Shown piece by piece: positions 1-9,091 of a DNA stretch of 64,000 nucleotides (position 1 is the stretch's first letter; each line of letters begins with the position of its first letter). The notes under the pieces were generated by a model that saw nothing but the letters and a program-made list of their open reading frames with translations, ran no database searches and was not told where the DNA came from. The position numbers were made by a program, and so were the translations under genes. The DNA comes from Atopobium sp. Lineage in GTDB: Bacteria; Actinomycetota; Coriobacteriia; Coriobacteriales; Atopobiaceae. The stretch covers positions 6,434 to 70,433 of the forward strand of contig JABZHP010000001.1 of assembly GCA_015258785.1 (NCBI GenBank), given 5' to 3'.

Positions 1-60
1 CCATCAATCATGTTTACCAGGTTGTCAATCTGCTCGGAAGCTACTTCGTTGGACTTCATG
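1..60 (-). CDS. 5' end of an unidentified gene (MKSNEVASEQIDNLVNMIDG...) that runs off the window; product unknown
   Basis: ATG at 60-58 on minus strand preceded by AAGGAGAAAC RBS. In-frame TAA upstream separates it from pflB. Only 20 codons visible. Confidence 0.35.
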
Positions 61-82
61 AGTTTCTCCTTACGAGTTTGTT

Positions 83-116
83 GGCGAGAAGAAACGTGTA
101 GATAGATCTTCTCGCC
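83..116. repeat. Perfect 10-bp inverted repeat GGCGAGAAGA-N14-TCTTCTCGCC in pflB 3' intergenic region; member of the dispersed TTCTCGCC motif family
   Basis: Read directly: 83-92 ggcgagaaga, 107-116 tcttctcgcc. Lies between pflB stop (125) and the next start (60). Confidence 0.5.
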
Positions 117-124
117 AGGGCTTG

Positions 125-2281
125 TTATTTACGATCCTCAGCACCTTCAGCTGCGGATGGGTTTGCCTCACAGGCGCAATCAATCTTGTTCTCAATCTGA
201 ATATCAAGATTCATATCAGAGAAGTCGATGTGCTCAAGGTCAAGCTCACTGCCATGGAAGTAGACGTCAGAGCCCTTACCAAGAGCATTAGGAATGATTG
301 AGAAGGTATTGGAAATACCGTCCTGTGCGTCGTTAAATGGAAGCTTAGCAACGGAGGCTAGAGACGCAACAGCACCGTGGGTATCGCGGTGGTGCATTGG
401 GTTAGCGCCAGGAGCAAAAGGAACGCCCGCGCGGCGGCCGTCAGGGGTGTTGCCAGTAGCCTTACCATATACAACGTTTGAGGTAATGGTCAGGATAGAA
501 GTTGTTGGAACAGAATCACGGTAGGTGTGGTTCTGACGAATCATGTTCATGAAAATCTCAACGATGTCATGAGCAATGGTGTCAACGCGGTCGTCATCAT
601 TACCATACTTAGGGAAGTCGCCCTCAGTGACGTAATCGGTAACAAGGCCGGTCTCATCGCGGACAACCCTTACCTTTGCATACTTGATTGCAGAGAGGGA
701 GTCGGCAACAACAGAAAGGCCTGCGATACCTGTTGCAAACCAACGGTGAACATGCTCATCGTGCAGAGCCATCTGGATGCGCTCGTAGCTGTACTTATCG
801 TGCATGTAGTGGATTGCATTAAGAGCGTTGACATAAACGCCAGCAAGCCAGCGCATCATGTCCATATACTTGGAGAAGACATCGTCGTAATCAAGGTACT
901 CGCCCTCAACTGCACGGTACTTAGGACCAATCTGCTCGCCGGTCTTCTCGTCACGGCCACCATTGATTGCGTAAAGCAGGCATTTAGCAAGGTTGGCACG
1001 AGCACCAAAGAACTGCATCTCTTTACCAACGCGCATGGAGCTGACGCAGCAAGCAATTGCGTAGTCATCACCATGATAGACGCGCATAAGATCGTCGTTC
1101 TCGTACTGAATGGAGCTGGTGGTAATAGAGATTTTTGCGCAGTAGCGCTTAAAGCCCTCTGGAAGCTTGGTGGACCACAGAACAGTCAGGTTAGGCTCTG
1201 GGCTGGTACCCATGTTTTCAAGGGTGCGAAGCCAGCGGAAGGAGGACTTGGTAACCATAGAGCGGCCATCAACACCAATACCACCAATGGATTCAGTGAC
1301 CCACTGAGGGTCTCCAGAGAAAAGCTCATTGTATTCAGGAGTACGAGCAAACTTGACCATACGAAGCTTCATAACCAGGTGGTCAACAATCTCCTGAATC
1401 TCTGACTCAGTAAACGTACCACGAGCAAGATCGCGCTCTGCATAGATGTCCAGGAAGGTGGTGTTACGACCAATGGACATTGCAGCGCCATTCTGCTCTT
1501 TTACAGCAGCAAGGTAGCCCAGATAGAGCCACTGAACTGCCTCTTTGAAGTTCTCTGCGGGACGGCTCAAATCAAAGCCGTAAATCTCACCAAGCTGCTT
1601 AAGCTCCTTGAGAGCACGAATCTGCTCGGAGAGCTCCTCGCGATGACGAATGGTCTTCTCGTCCATGATGGTGCCGGTGCCGTTTTTCTGATTTGTCTTA
1701 TCAGTGATAAGAGCGTCAACACCATAGAGAGCAACACGACGATAATCGCCGATGATGCGGCCACGGCCATATGCGTCAGGCAGACCGGTAATGATATGGG
1801 AGTGACGGCATTTGCGCATGTCCTCGGTGTAGACATCAAAAACACCAGCGTTGTGAGTCTTGCGACGATAGGTGTAGAAGTCAACAATCTCTGGGTCAAC
1901 TTCATAACCGTAGGCCTTGCATGCAGCCATTGCCATACGAACGCCGCCGTCTACCATAAGGGCGCGCTTTAATGGCTTATCTGTTTGAAGGCCAACAATC
2001 TGCTCAAGCGGCTTATCAATGTAGCCGGCCTCGTGGGAGGTGATAGTGGAAACCTGCTTGGTATCCATATCAAGTACGCCACCATTTGCGGTCTCTTGAG
2101 CAAAGAGATCCATAACATCCGCCCAAAGCTTTGTAGTAGCCTCAGTTGGACCAGCGAGGAAGGAATCATCACCGTCATAAGGGGTGTAATTCTTCTGAAT
2201 GAAGTCTCGGACATCAACAGCTCTTTGCCAGTTACCACCGACAAAGCCGTCCCAAGCCTCCTGTGCTGGTGTTTCCTGCAT
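125..2281 (-). CDS. pflB: Formate C-acetyltransferase (pyruvate formate-lyase) lacking the C-terminal glycyl-radical motif
   Basis: 718-aa ORF. PFL N-terminus and the active-site Cys pair motif IACCVS are present. No RVSGY within the ORF. Confidence 0.9.
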   Translation of the reverse strand: MQETPAQEAWDGFVGGNWQRAVDVRDFIQKNYTPYDGDDSFLAGPTEATTKLWADVMDLFAQETANGGVLDMDTKQVSTITSHEAGYIDKPLEQIVGLQTDKPLKRALMVDGGVRMAMAACKAYGYEVDPEIVDFYTYRRKTHNAGVFDVYTEDMRKCRHSHIITGLPDAYGRGRIIGDYRRVALYGVDALITDKTNQKNGTGTIMDEKTIRHREELSEQIRALKELKQLGEIYGFDLSRPAENFKEAVQWLYLGYLAAVKEQNGAAMSIGRNTTFLDIYAERDLARGTFTESEIQEIVDHLVMKLRMVKFARTPEYNELFSGDPQWVTESIGGIGVDGRSMVTKSSFRWLRTLENMGTSPEPNLTVLWSTKLPEGFKRYCAKISITTSSIQYENDDLMRVYHGDDYAIACCVSSMRVGKEMQFFGARANLAKCLLYAINGGRDEKTGEQIGPKYRAVEGEYLDYDDVFSKYMDMMRWLAGVYVNALNAIHYMHDKYSYERIQMALHDEHVHRWFATGIAGLSVVADSLSAIKYAKVRVVRDETGLVTDYVTEGDFPKYGNDDDRVDTIAHDIVEIFMNMIRQNHTYRDSVPTTSILTITSNVVYGKATGNTPDGRRAGVPFAPGANPMHHRDTHGAVASLASVAKLPFNDAQDGISNTFSIIPNALGKGSDVYFHGSELDLEHIDFSDMNLDIQIENKIDCACEANPSAAEGAEDRK

Positions 2282-2655
2282 AACACACTCCTTTTTACAC
2301 GAACAATTTATACGTCCGCGTTCATGCTGAGCGTGTTGAGTGGAGCATGGCCGCTCAGCAGTTTACAAATAGCAATCTTGAGACTAATTTTGACAGCAGG
2401 TATGTCTTTGGACAAATGACGTCAAATATTAGTTGCGACCTCTAACTTTACTCAATATGTAGTGCCAAGCAAGCGACAAATACGCAATATTTTGACAAGT
2501 TAGAAACGGTTTACATTTGCGCAGGTCAGAAATTTGCTAAAAAGAAAGCTATATAAAAATTGTTGAGAATTAGTCACATTTATTACGACAGGTGTCTATT
2601 TCTTCTCCAAATGTCCACAAAATTGTTGTTATTCTTAGCTATAGGGGAGGCTTCA

Positions 2656-3236
2656 TGGACATTGTGGCATTAGAAAAACAACGCTTGCGAGAAGAATGTC
2701 TAGCAGCAAGAGAAACTCTTTCTGAGAAAGAGAGAGTCAGACTTGATAACTGCATTACCCAGAAGCTTCTTGCATCCCCTGAATATGCAGAGGCAATTAC
2801 TGTTTTAACGTATGTTTCTGTCTCATCTGAAGTTTCTACGAGGATGTTTATTGAGCGCGCCCTATGCGATGGAAAAACGGTGGCGGTGCCTCGTTGTCTA
2901 CCTGGACATCGTTTAGAGTTTGTTGCCATTACTTCATTAGATCAGCTTGTGGCAGCTCCTTTTAATTTGCTTGAACCACCAAAAGACCTATCTGCTTTAG
3001 CAGAAGTCCAGATGAGCAACGCGATTTGTATTGTTCCAGCATTACTTGTTGATACAAAAGGATATCGCCTGGGTTATGGCGCAGGATTTTATGACCGATT
3101 CTTGTCAACGTATTCTGGCAAGAAGATCTGCCTTGCCTACCAGCAAAATTTGAGTAAGACAGAGCTTCCTCATACAGAATTTGACGTTGCCGTAGATATG
3201 GTGATAACAGAGTCAGACATACTTACGTGTGCATAA
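2656..3236 (+). CDS. 5-formyltetrahydrofolate cyclo-ligase
   Basis: GYGAGFYDR motif typical of 5-FCL. GGGGAGG RBS before ATG at 2656. The ORF track's start at 2592 looks like an upstream extension. Confidence 0.8.
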
Positions 3237-3240
3237 AAAA

Positions 3241-3277
3241 CCTGCTGCAATTTAGCATTACAGCAGGTTTGTGTTTC
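3241..3277. terminator. Rho-independent terminator between the convergent 5-FCL and aroQ genes (A-run before, T-run after)
   Basis: CCTGCTG-loop-CAGCAGG stem, then TTTGTGTTTC. AAAAAA precedes it, so it could act in both directions. Confidence 0.6.
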
Positions 3278-3302
3278 TCGCCAAGTGGTTATAAGCAACT
3301 GG

Positions 3303-4193
3303 TTATGCTTCATCTTTGAGATGAGCCGCCATCAGTTGGATTGCTTCTCTGTAGCTGTCAATTCCTTTACCAGCAACTGTAGCAAAGCATGCGTCTTTTA
3401 TATAAGAAATGTGCCTAAAGTCTTCTCTGGTAGAGATGTCAGTAAGATGTACCTCAATCATGGGAATTTGCACCGCTAGTGCCGCGTCGAGCAGGGCAAC
3501 TGAGGTGTGCGTATAGGCGGCAGGATTGATAACAATGCCATCGTAGCTGCCCAAGGCGTCCTGGATTGCATCAACTAGATCACCCTCATGGTTTGATTGA
3601 TAGCACACACAGTCAGAGAAACCTTGAGAGAGGGCTTCTTCCTTACAAGTCTCTATAAGGGTTCTGTAGTCAGCTTTTCCATAAACCTCTGGCTCACGAA
3701 TGCCCAGCATGTTGATGTTTGGGCCGTTGATTATGAGTAGGCGAGGAGCGTCGAGGTCATCCTCATAGTTGTCTTCAAAGTCGTCTGCGTCTAAGTCAGA
3801 GGCAAGACTGTCAAAGTATTCTTCGTCTTGATCAAGGGTATTTTTTTGAGTAAGCAAAGAGATTAGCTCATCCACCTCTTCGTTGTGCTGAGTGGGAAGA
3901 TCTGTTCGCTTCTCATCTAACGAACAAAAAGTCTTTTCTGGCTCACCCAAAATGTGATTAAGGGCATCATTTACTTGACGCACAAGATTAGGGCCAAAGA
4001 CTACCTCAAGTCCGTTGGCGCCTTTTCCTACAATACCAAGAACACCAGTGGCTGTGGCCAGCTGTTCATGGTCTATAAGCGTCATATCATTGATGGAAAG
4101 GCGAAGTCGCGTCATGCACACTTCGTTGTGAGTTAAGTTTTTTGAGCCGCCTATTGCATTTAGGATCTCGTGAGCAATAGCATTGCCGTCCAT
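3303..4193 (-). CDS. aroQ: Fusion protein: N-terminal PTS EIIB(Glc)-type domain, acidic linker, then type II 3-dehydroquinate dehydratase
   Basis: N-terminal GGSKNLTHNEVCMTRLRL...VVFG matches the EIIB domain, including the phospho-Cys context CxTRLR. C-terminal NGPNINMLGIREPEVYG...QSNHEG...INPAAYTHTS...HLTDISTREDFR matches type II DHQase. Likely start is the ATG at 4193 after GGGGAG; alternative starts at 4229 and 4220. Confidence 0.8.
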   Translation of the reverse strand: MDGNAIAHEILNAIGGSKNLTHNEVCMTRLRLSINDMTLIDHEQLATATGVLGIVGKGANGLEVVFGPNLVRQVNDALNHILGEPEKTFCSLDEKRTDLPTQHNEEVDELISLLTQKNTLDQDEEYFDSLASDLDADDFEDNYEDDLDAPRLLIINGPNINMLGIREPEVYGKADYRTLIETCKEEALSQGFSDCVCYQSNHEGDLVDAIQDALGSYDGIVINPAAYTHTSVALLDAALAVQIPMIEVHLTDISTREDFRHISYIKDACFATVAGKGIDSYREAIQLMAAHLKDEA

Positions 4194-4379
4194 TGGATAT
4201 CTCCCCAAGTATGACCACATATCAAACACTTAACCGTTTGACTTGGTCTAACATCCTTGTAGTCTTATGAATACACACCTACGAAGCATAAGTATAGGGG
4301 CTTTAACGTGCCAAAATTCAAAATCTACAAACCATCCGGTGAACGGTTAAAAAATAACTGCGAACGCTTACTGTTATGT

Positions 4380-5684
4380 TTAAAGTGTGTCGAGAAGACC
4401 CTTGGCATCTGCGTCTGGACTACAGAGACAAGAAAAGGTTACGTCAGCCCATGCTTCATAGAGCGGAATACGTACTGCAGCAAGATTCTGAACACCCATA
4501 CGTTCTGAAAGAGGTCTGCCGGCAATAGCTAGGTCTTCAAGCGGGCGCGTAAGGTAGACAAGCTTGCCGTTTTGACGGAGGAGCTGGTAGTTTGAAGGTG
4601 TAACAACTACGCCACCTCCACAAGAAATCACTGAGCCACTCATGCTAGAAATCTCTTGAATTACTTCATGTTCTAGATGCCTAAAAGCCGCTTCACCGTG
4701 TGTTTGTAGGTAGGTTGACGCTTTGCAGTGAGCTTTCTGCTTGATGAGAAAATCAGTGTCTATCCAGGGACGATTCAGGAGTTTTGCTAGAGCTTCTCCC
4801 GTAGAGGTTTTTCCAACTCCCGGCATACCAATAAGCACGATGTTTTCTTTTGAAGCATGGAGCTCACGCGAGATACTTTCTATCTGAGAGTCTGATACAT
4901 CCTGTCTCAAAAAGAGCGAGCTTGCTCTAGCTGCTTGAGCCACCAGCATTTTTAAACCATTTGCATTGAGTATTCCAAGACTTTCTGCGTCTAAAAGAAG
5001 CTGAGAGCGCAGCGGATTGTAGATAAGATCAATCACGCATTGTAGGGAAGTAAAAGCAGCGAGGCCATCTTTTGAAAGAGGAGAAACACCAGCATGTGGG
5101 AACATTCCTACTGGCGTTGCATTGACAAGAAGATCAGCGTCATAGTGGGATTGAAACTGGTCATACGTAATTGCGCAGTCTATATATGAAGAACTTTCGT
5201 GAGGGTTCCTGGAGACTCCCACAACATATGCACCGCCTTTTTTGAGTGCACAGCAAATTGCCCTGCCAGCGCCACCAAAGGCTCCTAAAACAACCACTAT
5301 CTTTTTGTTCAAGTTGACCTTGAGGCTTTTTACCAGATACTCAAAGCCATACACATCGGTGTTGTCTGCTGCTATAAAACCATTAGCATCTTTTACCAGG
5401 GTATTTGCCGCTCCCACAGCTTGCGCATCCTCAGAAACTGAGTCCGCAAGAGCGTAGGCATCCTTTTTGTAGGGGATAGTAACGTTCAAGCCCTGCCAAG
5501 GTTGGTCTTTGAGAAAACCTTTCAGCTCAGAAGCAGAAAGCTCATGAAGCTGGTAGGGAAATGACCCTAGCTTTTCATGAATTTCTGCTGACCAGCTATG
5601 AGAGAGTTTCTCGCCAATAAGCCCAAAAGGAGCAAGAGGAGCTGTAGGGTTACCTGAGGCTTGCTGTACGGTTTTAGAACTCAC
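4380..5684 (-). CDS. aroE-aroK: Bifunctional shikimate dehydrogenase (N-terminal) / shikimate kinase (C-terminal)
   Basis: N-terminal half resembles AroE (NVTIPYK, NTDVYGF). C-terminal half has the shikimate-kinase Walker A GMPGVGKTS. 434 aa. Confidence 0.85.
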   Translation of the reverse strand: MSSKTVQQASGNPTAPLAPFGLIGEKLSHSWSAEIHEKLGSFPYQLHELSASELKGFLKDQPWQGLNVTIPYKKDAYALADSVSEDAQAVGAANTLVKDANGFIAADNTDVYGFEYLVKSLKVNLNKKIVVVLGAFGGAGRAICCALKKGGAYVVGVSRNPHESSSYIDCAITYDQFQSHYDADLLVNATPVGMFPHAGVSPLSKDGLAAFTSLQCVIDLIYNPLRSQLLLDAESLGILNANGLKMLVAQAARASSLFLRQDVSDSQIESISRELHASKENIVLIGMPGVGKTSTGEALAKLLNRPWIDTDFLIKQKAHCKASTYLQTHGEAAFRHLEHEVIQEISSMSGSVISCGGGVVVTPSNYQLLRQNGKLVYLTRPLEDLAIAGRPLSERMGVQNLAAVRIPLYEAWADVTFSCLCSPDADAKGLLDTL

Positions 5685-5946
5685 GAGATGTCTCCTGAAC
5701 TGCCTTTGCAGCGTTCATCAAAACCTCAAGCAACTCTAAAGCATACGGTTCAAGTTCATTAGAAACAGTTGCTTTAACCTGTTCTCTTTTGGCATCTTCT
5801 CTTGAGAAATCAAGAACGGCGAGCTCATGCTCTTTTTTGTAAGCACCAATTTGTTTGGCAACCGTAATCCTTTGCTCAAAGAGGCCAAAGATTTGCGCAT
5901 CAATTGAATCGATTTCCTGGCGAAGCGTCTCTAATTGATTAGTCAT
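5674..5946 (-). CDS. Chorismate mutase (AroQ class, small helical type)
   Basis: 90-aa helical protein with a LRxEIDxID motif. Overlaps neighbours by 8-11 nt, so it is probably translationally coupled. Confidence 0.65.
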   Translation of the reverse strand: MTNQLETLRQEIDSIDAQIFGLFEQRITVAKQIGAYKKEHELAVLDFSREDAKREQVKATVSNELEPYALELLEVLMNAAKAVQETSREF

Positions 5947-7081
5947 TGTTATATCCGTTCTGCTCAGAGGGCCAGGAATATAAGGTGTCGAGAAGGGCTA
6001 GCGCAAAAGCACTTTCAACACAGGGAACAGCGCGCAAAACTGCAGTTACATCATGCCTGCCTCGAACAATAAGCTGCTCTGGTTCCATAGTTTGAAGGTT
6101 TACTGAGTTCTGTGGTAGACCAATGCTCGAGATAGGTTTTAATGCACATCTAAACCAGATGGGAGCGCCTGTTGAAATACCGCCCAGAATACCTCCAGCA
6201 TGATTGGTAGTTGGCATAACGAAGCCGTTACGCACTTCGTAAGCATCGTTATTTTCAGAGCCAAGGAGATTAGCAACTTCCATTCCGCTACCAAATTCTA
6301 TGGCTTTAACAGCGGGAACACCAAAGACTGCAGCAGAGATGGTATTTTCTAGTCCGTGGAAATGAGGGCATCCAATACCTGCAGGAACGCCCGTTGCTGC
6401 ACACTCGATTATGCCGCCAACGGTATTTTTCTCTGAGCGCAGCTGTGTAAGGAGTGCGCGGGTTTTCTCGCCAGCTTGAACATCGAGGAAGGGAAGCTCT
6501 TGAGGAGCAGTTTGGAGCAGCTGATCCATTTGGTAAGCAAGTAGCTTGTTGGCCTCAAGTGAGTTGTCTACGAGCTCAAGGGGAGTATCGCTGACGTCCT
6601 TTATTTTGAGAACGTGAGCGGCAATAGTTATGCCTTGAGCTTGCAAAATCTGGAGCGCTATGCCTCCTGCAATGCAGAGAGGAGCAGTGAGGCGAGCAGA
6701 AAAATGTCCTCCACCCGTTTGCTTGTACGAGTCTCCCCATTTTGCCCAGGCAGCAAAATCGGCATGTCCTGGTCGTGGGACAAGCTTTGTAGCTGCGTAA
6801 TCTTGTGGACGAACGCTTGTGTTAGGTAGCTCCGCCGTGAGCGGGGAGCCATCTAGAATGCCTTCTGCTGAAATTCCAGAGATAAACTCTGGATCATCAG
6901 TCTCTTTACGCGGGGTATCCCATGGATGCGATGGTGACCTTCTTTGAAGAAATGCTTTGAGAGCGGCTAGATCAACGGCAAAACCAGCAGGTAAACCTTC
7001 AATGGTGCAGCCGATTTTTGGAGCATGAGACTCGCCAAAAATAGATACTTTTACTGTTGTCCCAAAAGTTGAGGTCATCAT
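5939..7081 (-). CDS. aroC: Chorismate synthase
   Basis: GESHAPKIG-type N-terminus and full-length (380 aa) similarity to AroC. Confidence 0.9.
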   Translation of the reverse strand: MMTSTFGTTVKVSIFGESHAPKIGCTIEGLPAGFAVDLAALKAFLQRRSPSHPWDTPRKETDDPEFISGISAEGILDGSPLTAELPNTSVRPQDYAATKLVPRPGHADFAAWAKWGDSYKQTGGGHFSARLTAPLCIAGGIALQILQAQGITIAAHVLKIKDVSDTPLELVDNSLEANKLLAYQMDQLLQTAPQELPFLDVQAGEKTRALLTQLRSEKNTVGGIIECAATGVPAGIGCPHFHGLENTISAAVFGVPAVKAIEFGSGMEVANLLGSENNDAYEVRNGFVMPTTNHAGGILGGISTGAPIWFRCALKPISSIGLPQNSVNLQTMEPEQLIVRGRHDVTAVLRAVPCVESAFALALLDTLYSWPSEQNGYNND

Positions 7082-8362
7082 TTATGACTCCATACTGTGG
7101 CAGATGCCACCGAGCTGCTTAAAGTGCTCAAAGAAGAGCGGATACGACTTATTGATTGCCTCGGCATGGGTGATTATGACAGGACCCGTTGCATACGAAG
7201 CCAAAATAGTTGCCATCATCACCATGCGATGATCATTGCACGAGTCCACAATGCAGCTGACGGGCTGTTTTCCTCCCGTGACAATAAGCTCCGTTTGATC
7301 GTCAGAGAGCTCAACGCTCACACCAAATGCCCTAAGTACGCTGCAGATACTTTGAACGCGGTCGGACTCTTTAAGACGAAGGCGCTGAATATTGGTAAGC
7401 CTACTTGTTCCAGGGATAAACGCAGCTAATGCAGCAAGTACCGGAGCAAGATCGCACACCTCGGAGACAGAAATGGTAAACGGCCGCAGGTGATCCATCA
7501 TACAAGCTGCGCCCTTTTGCTGGCGAGAAACACGTGCGCCCACAAGCGATAACGCGGCCAAGATAGCTCTATCTCCCTGAACACTTTGCATTGAGAGCCC
7601 TGTGACCTCTACGCCTTGCCCAATTGCTCCTGCGGTAAGCCATGGCGCAGCGTTTGACCAATCTCCTTCGATTGAATAAACGCCTGGACAAACGTAGTGT
7701 TGAGGCTCAATGGTATAGGTAGCATTCTTTGCATCAAATTCAGTGGTGATGCCAAAGTCTTTCAATACGTGCTCTGTGATAGCCAGGTAGTCTTTTGAAT
7801 GGGTGGGCCCTGTAATTTGTAGTGTTGAAGATTCGTTCAACAAAGGTAATGCCAGCAAAAGTCCAGAAATAAATTGGGATGAGATATCTCCTGGTAGCTC
7901 AAATAAACCGCCAATAAGTTTGCCCGAAACTTCAAGGATCTTCTCGTCTTGCCAGCTAAAAGACATACCATGGGCAGAGAGTTCTGAGACAAGCGGCTCT
8001 AGAGGTCGAGAGAAGAGTCTTCCTTCTGCAGAAATTGTGGCGTTTACGTTTAGCACGCCCAGAAGGGGGAGTAAAAACCTGAGCGTTGTGCCAGATTCTT
8101 TGCAGTTAAGTTGCACACTTTGAGGGCGATTTTGCTCTTTTGCAGGGACAACTCTAAATCCCTGTTTAGTTCTAGCGATAGTGGTGCCTAAAGCTTTAAG
8201 ACAATCAACAGTCACTTGAATGTCCTCTGAGATGTACGGACAGGTAATGTTGGTAGTTCCGTCAGCAAATGAAGCGCAGATGAGCGCGCGATGAGCGCAT
8301 GATTTTGACGGGATGGCTACTACCGTTCCAAACAAATCATGAGGTGTTATTGAAACATCCAT
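7082..8362 (-). CDS. aroA: 3-phosphoshikimate 1-carboxyvinyltransferase (EPSP synthase)
   Basis: 426-aa ORF with EPSP synthase fold motifs. Directly abuts aroC. Confidence 0.9.
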   Translation of the reverse strand: MDVSITPHDLFGTVVAIPSKSCAHRALICASFADGTTNITCPYISEDIQVTVDCLKALGTTIARTKQGFRVVPAKEQNRPQSVQLNCKESGTTLRFLLPLLGVLNVNATISAEGRLFSRPLEPLVSELSAHGMSFSWQDEKILEVSGKLIGGLFELPGDISSQFISGLLLALPLLNESSTLQITGPTHSKDYLAITEHVLKDFGITTEFDAKNATYTIEPQHYVCPGVYSIEGDWSNAAPWLTAGAIGQGVEVTGLSMQSVQGDRAILAALSLVGARVSRQQKGAACMMDHLRPFTISVSEVCDLAPVLAALAAFIPGTSRLTNIQRLRLKESDRVQSICSVLRAFGVSVELSDDQTELIVTGGKQPVSCIVDSCNDHRMVMMATILASYATGPVIITHAEAINKSYPLFFEHFKQLGGICHSMES

Positions 8363-8464
8363 TTTTCACACGCTCCGTAACTTATTGCTTGATGTAAGAA
8401 TACCGCAGTTGAGTGTCAGAGAAGGATATGGTTAAAATTGTTTGAAGATTAAAGGAGGAAGCAA

Positions 8465-9091
8465 GTGAATAAGCCTTTTAGCGCCGTAACTCAGGTTTTA
8501 CGTGGCTATACGTACAATCAGGTTAAAGCTGTCGTTGAGGTTCTTATTGATTCTCCTGTACATAACGTTGAAGTAACCATGAACACTCCAGAAGCTGCTT
8601 CGTTAATTCAGAAGCTGTCCAGTGAATATGGTTCTGATATCAATATTGGTGCCGGTACCGTGCTTACTCTTGAAGATCTGCGGACGGCTCATAAAGCTGG
8701 TGCTACGTTTGTTTTAGCACCAACGCTGCTCTCTGAAGAGATGTTTGACTACTGCAAAGAGCATGAGATTTTGAGTGTTCCAGGAGCGTTTTCGCCAACA
8801 GAGATTGCTCATGCATTTGCTCTTGGTGCAGATATTGTCAAAGTATTCCCCGCAAATGAGGTTAGTTATGGATACGCCAAAAAGGTATGTGAGCCTTTAG
8901 GAAACTTGCCTCTTATGGCAGTTGGTGGCGTTGCAACAGACAATATTGCTGACGTATTTGCAGGTGGATATGCTTATGTAGGAACTGCTAACGGCATCTT
9001 CAACAAAAACGATATCCTAGCTGAAGATAAAACCGCTCTAAAACAGTCAGTACGTAAGCTTGCGGAAGAGTTGGAGCGTCTAGGACGTTAG
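8465..9091 (+). CDS. eda: KDPG/KHG aldolase family protein (Eda)
   Basis: GAGTVL...GATFVLAP...GAFSPTEI...GADIVKVFPA motifs of the Eda family. GTG start after an AAAGGAGGAAG RBS. Its 3' end overlaps aroB convergently by 4 nt. Confidence 0.7.
   Translation: MNKPFSAVTQVLRGYTYNQVKAVVEVLIDSPVHNVEVTMNTPEAASLIQKLSSEYGSDINIGAGTVLTLEDLRTAHKAGATFVLAPTLLSEEMFDYCKEHEILSVPGAFSPTEIAHAFALGADIVKVFPANEVSYGYAKKVCEPLGNLPLMAVGGVATDNIADVFAGGYAYVGTANGIFNKNDILAEDKTALKQSVRKLAEELERLGR

Noticed and set aside
125-300. Possibility that the odd PFL C-terminus is a simple frameshift
   Set aside because: I translated all three minus-strand frames across 60-300. Neither alternative frame gives PFL-like sequence or an RVSGY motif. 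A 'frameshift only' explanation is therefore not supported by what is visible, though a sequencing error elsewhere cannot be excluded.
527-1405. 292-aa ORF on the plus strand inside pflB (and other antisense ORFs at 856-1074, 1567-1972)
   Set aside because: Antisense shadow of a strongly conserved coding region. No RBS, no recognisable motifs, low-complexity composition.
2414-2427. TGACGTCA palindrome about 135 nt upstream of pflB (possible Crp/Fnr- or Rex-type site)
   Set aside because: Only the 8-bp core is palindromic, and the spacing and half-sites do not match FNR (TTGAT-N4-ATCAA) or Rex consensus. Too weak to call.
4308-4508. Cys-rich 66-aa ORF starting in the aroEK-aroQ gap (GTG) and running antisense into the aroE/aroK 3' end
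   Set aside because: No SD sequence, it overlaps a conserved gene antisense, and the Cys spacing does not match a known small-protein family. Probably noise, though the gap itself may hold a promoter.
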